Virus record (IMG/VR): IMGVR_UViG_3300017917_001996
Span: 186,290-250,289 of that record
Direction: 5' to 3' (one strand)
Length of the DNA: 64,000 nucleotides
Shown one piece after another: positions 56,993 through 64,000 of this stretch (the stretch's first letter is position 1; every line of letters starts with the position of its first letter). The translations under genes and the position numbers were made by a program. The notes beneath the pieces are model-generated. The model saw nothing but the letters and a program-made list of their open reading frames with translations. It had not been told where the DNA came from and searched no databases.

Positions 56993-57370
56993 ATGTCACA
57001 ACTTAAAACATGTGCCAAGTGCAATGAAACAAAAACGCTGGCTGAATTCTGCAAAGCCAGCGGCGGCAACTACTATAGATCCGAGTGCAGGGCGTGTGAA
57101 AAAGCATTAGCTAAAGTCAGAAAGCAAATTAAAGAATCTGCGCCACCGGTACCAGATAACTATTCCTGCCCTATATGCAATAGAACCGAAGCTGAAGTAA
57201 AAGGCCGCGGAGGTAAGAAGTCAGGTACATGGTGTTGTGATCATGATCATGTAACTAACAAGTTCCGGGGGTGGTTGTGTCATCAATGCAATAGAGCATT
57301 GGGCGGAATGAATGACAGTGTCGATCGACTAAAAAATTCAATTAAGTATTTGGAAAGTTCAAGGAAATGA
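56993..57370 (+). CDS. Endonuclease VII-family HNH nuclease
   Basis: CPIC...DHDH..KFRGWLCHQCNRALG. Confidence 0.88.
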   Translation: MSQLKTCAKCNETKTLAEFCKASGGNYYRSECRACEKALAKVRKQIKESAPPVPDNYSCPICNRTEAEVKGRGGKKSGTWCCDHDHVTNKFRGWLCHQCNRALGGMNDSVDRLKNSIKYLESSRK

Positions 57371-57963
57371 AATTCACCAGTGACGTTGATATAGACTTTG
57401 CAGATAGACAAAAAGTCTTAAGTTTAATCCGGCATGTGCCTGCGACTATAGCTGAAGGTACAGATCGTACAGCACACAATACTGGAATTTACGTTACTGA
57501 CATTCCTGTAGACCCATTTACAGGGCGTAGTGCAATAGATTATCGAGAAGCTGAACGTCGTGGTTATATTAAGCTAGACTTTCTTAATGTTGGGTTATAT
57601 AACCAAGTTAAAGACGAATCGCATTTGCTAGAACTTATGCACCGCGAGCCACCTTGGCACAGGCTCTACGAGCCGGAGTTTTGTTCACAGTTGATCCACG
57701 TGAACAATCATTATGATACACTGATTAAAATGCCCGAGGCTGTTAACAGTATTCCTAGGCTAGCTATGTTCTTGGCTATCATCCGCCCTTCTAAGCGACA
57801 TCTAATAGGTAAGACTTGGGCAGAAGTTGCTCGGACTATATGGGACAAGCCCACGGATAACAGCTACTACTTTAAAAAGAGCCATAGCGTAGGCTACAGT
57901 CATCTAGTAGTAGTTAATATGAATTTGTTGGATCTAAACGGTCTTACGAATCAAGGTAATTGA
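57367..57963 (+). CDS. Miniature DNA polymerase III alpha (DnaE)-like catalytic fragment
   Basis: DVDIDF, HNTG, KLDFL, LAIIRP, YFKKSHSVGY. Confidence 0.8.
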   Translation: MKFTSDVDIDFADRQKVLSLIRHVPATIAEGTDRTAHNTGIYVTDIPVDPFTGRSAIDYREAERRGYIKLDFLNVGLYNQVKDESHLLELMHREPPWHRLYEPEFCSQLIHVNNHYDTLIKMPEAVNSIPRLAMFLAIIRPSKRHLIGKTWAEVARTIWDKPTDNSYYFKKSHSVGYSHLVVVNMNLLDLNGLTNQGN

Positions 57964-58305
57964 CCGACGCTTACTGCGTTTTGATGCTATCTCTTTGAGA
58001 TTAATCTGAGGTCCCATGCGGATCTCAACGTCTTTGCTGTTCATAGTTTTAACGCAAAACTTGAATTCAGCCCATTCTTTCTTTAGGAAAACGTTAATAG
58101 GAATTATCCTATTGCTTTCCCACCACCATTGCTCTCCTAATTCTAGGAAACGCTTCTTCTGTTCAGGGAACTTTATACTACCAAAGTCGTAAATGGTAGT
58201 GATTTGCTCATCGGAATTTTGTATGATTCCGATGTATTCGTTGCCCCCGTAAACCAAATAGGTTATAAAAGGGTACCGTGCGAGTAAGGGTTCGATTTCT
58301 TCCAC
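57934..58305 (-). CDS. Conserved hypothetical protein
   Basis: YPFIT..EYIGIIQN..WWWESNR.IPI; minus-strand TATAAATA at 58337-58344. Confidence 0.75.
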   Translation of the reverse strand: MEEIEPLLARYPFITYLVYGGNEYIGIIQNSDEQITTIYDFGSIKFPEQKKRFLELGEQWWWESNRIIPINVFLKKEWAEFKFCVKTMNSKDVEIRMGPQINLKEIASKRSKRRSITLIRKTV

Positions 58306-58324
58306 TGGGCTAAATATAAAAATA

Positions 58325-58819
58325 ATGATAACAATCTATTTATATCCAAATATAATTGACGTTCAATTTTGGGACGTAACTCTTTTCAGTGCAAGGAACC
58401 AATATATGTATGCTAAACCTGTAGTCGTGTACCAAGGAATTGACAATCCTCTGCAGGTTCGCGTCAAGAACCAGGAGCAAACTCCGGTGAACATGACACC
58501 GTATTTACTGCAGGCCGAAATACAAGACCCTGATAGTTTCCTAACAGTAGAATCCTTTGGTATTCAATTTCAAAATGTTACCAAGGGTATAGGAACATTT
58601 GTAATCCCAAAAGATTTAGTAAATGGTTTAGAGCAGCGACGTTACAAGTTAACGTTTAAAGCTATAAACAAATCAAGCAACCAAGAACAGCCAGCATATA
58701 TTGACCACAATTATATGGTTCCGATGGATTTAATAGTGTTACCTGGTTATTATTCGACAATGCCTCCGGATGCCGAGGAAACCGACGACTTCTTAAAAAT
58801 TGATGGTGGAACAATATGA
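58325..58819 (+). CDS. Putative virion structural protein
   Basis: TAAATA at 58311; beta-rich; precedes fibre genes. Confidence 0.6.
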   Translation: MITIYLYPNIIDVQFWDVTLFSARNQYMYAKPVVVYQGIDNPLQVRVKNQEQTPVNMTPYLLQAEIQDPDSFLTVESFGIQFQNVTKGIGTFVIPKDLVNGLEQRRYKLTFKAINKSSNQEQPAYIDHNYMVPMDLIVLPGYYSTMPPDAEETDDFLKIDGGTI

Positions 58820-61800
58820 GCTTAAACAACCAAGTTTTAAATTTAGATGCAAGACAGATCCTTTTAAAAAGAGGAAATGCAATAGTTAGCCAAGGTTACG
58901 TGGGTCCAATTGGCGAAATAACTTTAGATACAACTCTTAATACACTACGTATTCACGACGGTGTTACACCCGGCGGTACTATTATTCCTACTGCTGCTAA
59001 CGTTGCAGCCGAAGTCACTGATGCAGTTAATGTAATTGGCGGAACTACTATTTCGGGACAGATTGCTACAGCACTTTTACCAGTATATGCAAATATTGCA
59101 TTAGTAAATGCAAATGTATCTAGTTTAATTGGCAATGGCCCAACAACACTTAACACTCTAGCAGAATTGGCTGCTGCGGTTGATAACGATCCAGATTTTG
59201 GTGCTAAAGTTTTGCTAGCATTAACACAGGTACGTGCCAATGTTACCAATGAAGTTAACCGTGCAATTAACGCTGAACAAGTATTACAAACAGCGATCAA
59301 TAATGAAGTTTCGGCTAGAACCGCAGCAAATGCAGTATTAGTCAGTTTGATAGGCACCCAATCTAACGCATATATTGCTGCTGACAGCGTACTTCAAAAT
59401 AATATTAACACAGAATCCGGATTACGAGTTGCTGCTTTTAATCAATTACAAACTGATATTAGTAATGAGGCTACTGCAAGATCTTCTGCTGACACAGCAT
59501 TACAAGGCAATATCATTGCTGAAGCCACTGCAAGAGCTTCTGCAGATACAACACTGCAAACAAATATCAACAACGAAGCAACAACAAGATCTTCTGCTGA
59601 TGCAGCACTCCAAGCAAACATTGATTCGTTGAACAATAGTTTATCAACTGTTGCTAAAACTGGTTTGTATTCAGACCTTTCCGGTAAGCCAACTCTATTA
59701 AGTCAGTTTACCAATGATACAAATTTTGCAAACGTTTCTTATGTTGACACGCAAATTTCCAACATAATAAATGGTGCACCGTCAACTCTGGATACCTTAA
59801 AAGAAATTGGTGATGCATTCCAGTCAGCTGACGGTAATCTACTAGCAGCAATAAATTCTCTAACCAGCTCGAGCTCTTCGACAGTTGATGCCGAAGAAGC
59901 AGCTCGAATTGCAGCAGATACTGCTCTCCAGGCAAACATCGATGCTGAGACTACTGCTCGTATTTCTGCAGATACAACACTGCAAACAAATATCAACAAC
60001 GAAGCAACAGCTCGTCTAAATGCAGACGCAGCGTTACAAGGTAATATTGATGCAGAAGCTACTGCTCGTATTGCAGTAGATACTGCACTACAAGGAAACA
60101 TTTCTGCTGAAGTTACCGCTCGCACTGTGGCAGATACTGCACTACAAGGCAATATTGATGCAGAAGCTACAGCACGTACTAGTGCAGATACCACTTTACA
60201 GACTAACATTAATAATGAAGCTACCACTAGGGCAAATGCAGATATAGAATTACAAGGTAATATTATTGCTGAAGAGACAGCCCGAATTGCAGCCGACTTG
60301 TCATTGCAAGGAAATATTACTGCCGAAACTACTGCACGTATTGCAGCAGATTCTGCATTGCAGGCTAATATTACTGCTGAGGAAACAGCCCGCATTGCTG
60401 CCGACACAGCACTACAAGGAAACATTACTGCTGAAATTAGTGCAAGAGTAAGTGCCGATACTGCACTACAGGGTAACATAACTGCCGAAGAAACAGCAAG
60501 AATTGCAGCCGATACAGCACTGCAAGGAAATATTACTGCTGAAGCTACTGCTCGTTCTAGTGCCGACACTACATTGCAGACAAACATTAACAATGAAGCC
60601 ACTGCAAGAGCAAATGCTGATACTGCACTACAAGGCAATATTGATGCAGAAGCTACAGCACGTATTGCAGCAGACTCTGCATTGCAAGCAAATATTGAGG
60701 CAGAAGCAACGGCTCGTCAGTCTTTACAATCAAATTTACAAAGTCAAATTAATAACATCATTAGTAATGTTGACCCTGGTGCCTTAGACAGCTTAACGGA
60801 GATCGTTACAGCATTCCAAGGTTCTGATGGTAATATTATAACGGCACTTAATACGTTAAGTTCTGGCACAGGCTCTAATATTGCTGCTGAAGCTAATGCT
60901 CGTATTGCAAGTGACTTGTCACTACAGAGTAACATTGAAACACTAACAAATAGTCTAGCCAATGTTGCATTTACTGGAAACTATTCTGACTTATCAAATG
61001 TTCCACCAGCTCTGAATACTGGTGATGTGCAATTCCTCGACGACGAGATTTATACTCAAACAGGAAGGATGTCATTCTATACAGAAGGTGCAGTATTTCC
61101 TGAAATTAACAGAATTGACTTCAGTACAGATCAATTTGGTATTGATGTTACAGGTGAAATACAACTTTATGCTGGCACCAATCTAAGAGTTGTTACAAAC
61201 AATGCTGTAAATGGTAGAACTTGGGAATTCAAAGATACTGGATCTTTAGAACTCCCGGGCATTGAAGACGATACTACACCAGTGCTGGATTTCTTTGGTG
61301 GCCCAAGCGGCTCCTTAGGAAACCATATTGTAACACTAGCCAGCGATTGGACACTGAAAGTCAAGGCTCGTGCCGATGCTGCCAACGAAGGTCACTTATG
61401 GTTAGAAGCAGGACAGAATACCAAGATTGAAATCAATGGCTCGACTTCTAACATAAACTTAATTGCCAGCGATGGAGTGTCCACAAGCACTTGGACCTTT
61501 GATAGCAACGGTGATCTAACTGCTGCCGGTAATGTAATCAGCGGTAATGGCAGAATTAATTTTGTAGCTAACAGTTCCGGCGACGGTTACGGTTACACAA
61601 CCATGGAACTACGACCCGACACCAGTATTTCCAGCGATCAATACATTATCATTGATCCTACTGCTCCAAGCCACATACACATTCGTGCAGGCGGCACCCA
61701 GGATCAAAGTGGCGCACAGCTATTCTTAGGCGGCGAGAAAAACCACTTTACTGTTACCGATGGTGGCCTAACCAGAATGCAAACTGAGCAGCTGATGTCT

Positions 61801-62778
61801 ACTGCTACCTATAGCTTTAATACCACATTGGGCTTTAGTTCTGCGGTATGGAGCAGCGATGGATTAAATCATACGATTCTAATCACCGATCCTACTGTTG
61901 ATGTTTATACAGCAGTCTGGGCATTGACCGGCGAAAGTTTAATTGAACTTTATGACGGTAACAACTATTATACTGTAACTTATAGTGGTTATGGTACTCC
62001 TGGACATCCTGCTCCTGTGACTTTAACTGTCAACGAAGCACCGCCTTCGAGTCCAATTAATCTAAATAGTATCTACATTGATATTAGACAGACTAGACAA
62101 TCCTATGTTGAAGTCAATGGCACTGATATCCGTATGGAGGCCATGGACGACATCAGAATTTATAGTAACGATGTGTTTAGACTGTATAACAACTCAACAG
62201 TTGATCCAATTGAAATAATTGTTAATGCCGATGTTGGACCAGAAAAGCGATGGACGTTTAATGTTGGCGGAACAATAACCTTCCCCGACGATACAAATCA
62301 GTCAACTGCCTGGCTTGGGTCAATCGATCGAATTGAAAGCGGGTTAGCTAATGTAACTGTTGCCAACACTGGCGTAGTAAGTTTACCAGCGGTAAGCAAT
62401 AGTCAGGTTACAATTTCTGGTGCAACCAAAACTGTTAAAGGTAATCCATATTCAGTAAGAAGTGCCTATAGCAGTGAATACGAAATTTGGAAGGCCAGCT
62501 CTGAAGATGTTGTAGCAGCTAAGGTCACTGTCAGATTACACAATGACTATTATACTTACACTGAATTGTTTGATGTAATGCTAGTCAAAGAAGCAACTAA
62601 CAATGCTAATGTCAGCTTTAGTGTGGGACCTAGAATTAAGTCCAATGATTCCTATCCAGACGGCGTTGTTGATGTAAGACTAAGCGACGGAAATAAACTG
62701 ACCTTGTACTATGCAAGTGTTCAAGGTGATGCCAGCTTCTACACATTTGATGCTGTTGAATTTACAAAAACTGTTTAA
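58816..62778 (+). CDS. Long coiled-coil tail fibre/whisker protein
   Basis: N-terminal GEITLDT..LRIHDGVTPGG; 18-aa repeats; GAPSTLDTLKEI modules; beta-rich C-terminus. Confidence 0.8.
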   Translation: MSLNNQVLNLDARQILLKRGNAIVSQGYVGPIGEITLDTTLNTLRIHDGVTPGGTIIPTAANVAAEVTDAVNVIGGTTISGQIATALLPVYANIALVNANVSSLIGNGPTTLNTLAELAAAVDNDPDFGAKVLLALTQVRANVTNEVNRAINAEQVLQTAINNEVSARTAANAVLVSLIGTQSNAYIAADSVLQNNINTESGLRVAAFNQLQTDISNEATARSSADTALQGNIIAEATARASADTTLQTNINNEATTRSSADAALQANIDSLNNSLSTVAKTGLYSDLSGKPTLLSQFTNDTNFANVSYVDTQISNIINGAPSTLDTLKEIGDAFQSADGNLLAAINSLTSSSSSTVDAEEAARIAADTALQANIDAETTARISADTTLQTNINNEATARLNADAALQGNIDAEATARIAVDTALQGNISAEVTARTVADTALQGNIDAEATARTSADTTLQTNINNEATTRANADIELQGNIIAEETARIAADLSLQGNITAETTARIAADSALQANITAEETARIAADTALQGNITAEISARVSADTALQGNITAEETARIAADTALQGNITAEATARSSADTTLQTNINNEATARANADTALQGNIDAEATARIAADSALQANIEAEATARQSLQSNLQSQINNIISNVDPGALDSLTEIVTAFQGSDGNIITALNTLSSGTGSNIAAEANARIASDLSLQSNIETLTNSLANVAFTGNYSDLSNVPPALNTGDVQFLDDEIYTQTGRMSFYTEGAVFPEINRIDFSTDQFGIDVTGEIQLYAGTNLRVVTNNAVNGRTWEFKDTGSLELPGIEDDTTPVLDFFGGPSGSLGNHIVTLASDWTLKVKARADAANEGHLWLEAGQNTKIEINGSTSNINLIASDGVSTSTWTFDSNGDLTAAGNVISGNGRINFVANSSGDGYGYTTMELRPDTSISSDQYIIIDPTAPSHIHIRAGGTQDQSGAQLFLGGEKNHFTVTDGGLTRMQTEQLMSTATYSFNTTLGFSSAVWSSDGLNHTILITDPTVDVYTAVWALTGESLIELYDGNNYYTVTYSGYGTPGHPAPVTLTVNEAPPSSPINLNSIYIDIRQTRQSYVEVNGTDIRMEAMDDIRIYSNDVFRLYNNSTVDPIEIIVNADVGPEKRWTFNVGGTITFPDDTNQSTAWLGSIDRIESGLANVTVANTGVVSLPAVSNSQVTISGATKTVKGNPYSVRSAYSSEYEIWKASSEDVVAAKVTVRLHNDYYTYTELFDVMLVKEATNNANVSFSVGPRIKSNDSYPDGVVDVRLSDGNKLTLYYASVQGDASFYTFDAVEFTKTV
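59890..60730 (+). repeat. Degenerate 54-nt (18-aa) tandem repeat, roughly 15 copies
   Basis: EATARIAADTALQGNIDA consensus; further copies around 59250-59630. Confidence 0.85.
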
Positions 62779-62788
62779 GGTATAAGCA

Positions 62789-64000
62789 ATGACTAAAAAA
62801 TTATTAAGAATAGACGGAATACAAATTGGCGGAGCTTCGCTAACAGCTACTGGTAATACTGTGGTCACTAGTGGACCAGTTGATTTATCTAATAGTACCA
62901 TTGCATGGACTTCAGTTAGTGACAAACCTATTTTTTCAAATATTGCCTTAAGCGGTAGTTATGCTGATCTATCAAATATACCAGTTACTGTAGAAACAGC
63001 AGCTATAATAGGAACTGACTTGCAGCTAACATACACTGATTCAACTACTGCTAATTTAGGATCAGTTATGGGCGCAACTGGACCACAAGGCATTCAGGGC
63101 GACACAGGAGCCACTGGACCACAAGGAATTCAGGGCGTTCAAGGCGACACAGGAGCCACTGGACCACAAGGGATTCAAGGGATTCAAGGGATTCAGGGAG
63201 ATGTTGGAGCTACAGGTTTAACTGGAGCCACTGGTGCCCAAGGCGACACAGGAGCCACAGGTCCACAAGGCATTCAAGGTGATGTAGGTGCCACTGGTGC
63301 ACAAGGCGTTCAGGGCGTTCAAGGCGATACAGGAGCCACAGGTCCACAAGGGATTCAAGGGATCCAAGGCGACACAGGAGCCACAGGAGCCACAGGTCCA
63401 CAAGGGATTCAAGGCGACACAGGAGCCACAGGTCCACAAGGCATTCAGGGCGATGTAGGAGCCACAGGTCCACAAGGGATTCAAGGCGACACAGGAGCCA
63501 CAGGTCCACAAGGCATCCAAGGAGATACGGGTGCTACCGGTTTAACTGGAGCAACAGGTGCCCAAGGAAATACAGGATTAGGGTTTAAGATAGCTAAAAC
63601 TTACTCTAGTGTTGCTGCTTTAACGGCCGATACTATTCCCACAGGGATCAATCAAGGTGAGTTTGCGTTAATTGACACTGGTGATGTTGAAAATGCAGAA
63701 AATTCTAGATTATATCTATGGAACGGTAGTACATACGAATATGTAACTGATTTATCTGGTGCGGCAGGCATTACTGGACCTCAGGGAGCCACAGGACCAC
63801 AGGGTATTCAAGGTGATGTAGGTGCTACCGGTTTAACAGGAGCCACAGGCCCACAAGGCATCCAAGGTGATGTAGGTGCTACCGGTTTAACAGGAGCCAC
63901 AGGCCCACAAGGCATTCAGGGCGATACGGGTGCTACCGGTTTAACAGGAGCCACAGGTCTACAGGGCATCCAGGGGGATACGGGTGCTACTGGCCCACAA
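62789..64000 (+). CDS. Collagen-like fibre protein, 3'-truncated (not in ORF track)
   Basis: ATG 62789 [10 protein letters not shown]; [12 protein letters not shown] Gly-X-Y repeats; open to window end. Confidence 0.9.
   Translation, partial: MTKKLLRIDGIQIGGASLTATGNTVVTSGPVDLSNSTIAWTSVSDKPIFSNIALSGSYADLSNIPVTVETAAIIGTDLQLTYTDSTTANLGSVMGATGPQGIQGDTGATGPQGIQGVQGDTGATGPQGIQGIQGIQGDVGATGLTGATGAQGDTGATGPQGIQGDVGATGAQGVQGVQGDTGATGPQGIQGIQGDTGATGATGPQGIQGDTGATGPQGIQGDVGATGPQGIQGDTGATGPQGIQGDTGATGLTGATGAQGNTGLGFKIAKTYSSVAALTADTIPTGINQGEFALIDTGDVENAENSRLYLWNGSTYEYVTDLSGAAGITGPQGATGPQGIQGDVGATGLTGATGPQGIQGDVGATGLTGATGPQGIQGDTGATGLTGATGLQGIQGDTGATGPQ
63071..64000 (+). repeat. Collagen-coding 9/36-nt tandem repeats in two blocks
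   Basis: GGAGCCACAGGTCCACAAGG repeated; interrupted at about 63575-63760. Confidence 0.9.

Larger units (their letters stand above)
1..64000. mobile_element. Segment of a large T4-like myophage genome
   Basis: Sheath, tube, neck, TerL, gp32, UvsX/Y/W genes; TAAATA late promoters; no cellular housekeeping operons or att sites seen. Confidence 0.95.

Noticed and set aside
63071-64000. Regular short repeats resembling a CRISPR array; minus-strand ORFs 63210-63520
   Set aside because: No unique spacers; the repeats are in-frame Gly-X-Y codons of a plus-strand collagen gene
1-64000. Stop-codon reassignment, tRNA genes, reverse transcriptase/DGR, integrase or att sites
   Set aside because: Genes are intact and densely packed in the standard code; intergenic gaps are short with no cloverleaf, RT or recombinase motif seen

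Overview
The whole window is part of a large T4-like myophage genome; no host genes, tRNA/rRNA or CRISPR array were seen. It resembles uncultured freshwater or Rak2/GAP32-like large phages, and an encoded outer-membrane beta-barrel points to a Gram-negative host. In order, it holds: repetitive Thr/Gly-rich fibre proteins; a four-GT-domain plus methyltransferase fusion; an HldE-type nucleotide-heptose operon; neck and tail genes (gp15/14/13/18/19/4-like); putative internal head proteins; a large terminase fractured by an atypically split intein around an HNH endonuclease gene; an OMP moron; gp32/uvsX/uvsY; a second glycan-modification cluster; small early genes; uvsW, a clamp-loader-like gene, endonuclease VII and a 198-aa mini-DnaE; and coiled-coil and collagen fibres. 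Highlights: (1) the split-intein terL, whose intein lacks both usual His residues; (2) the minimal DnaE catalytic core; (3) a probable virion glycosylation system; (4) a regulatory layer of leaderless genes and hairpins that hide late-gene ribosome-binding sites; (5) shared capsid-targeting-like, TSP and RLAGL motifs in small late proteins. All product calls come from motif recognition by eye; no searches were run.
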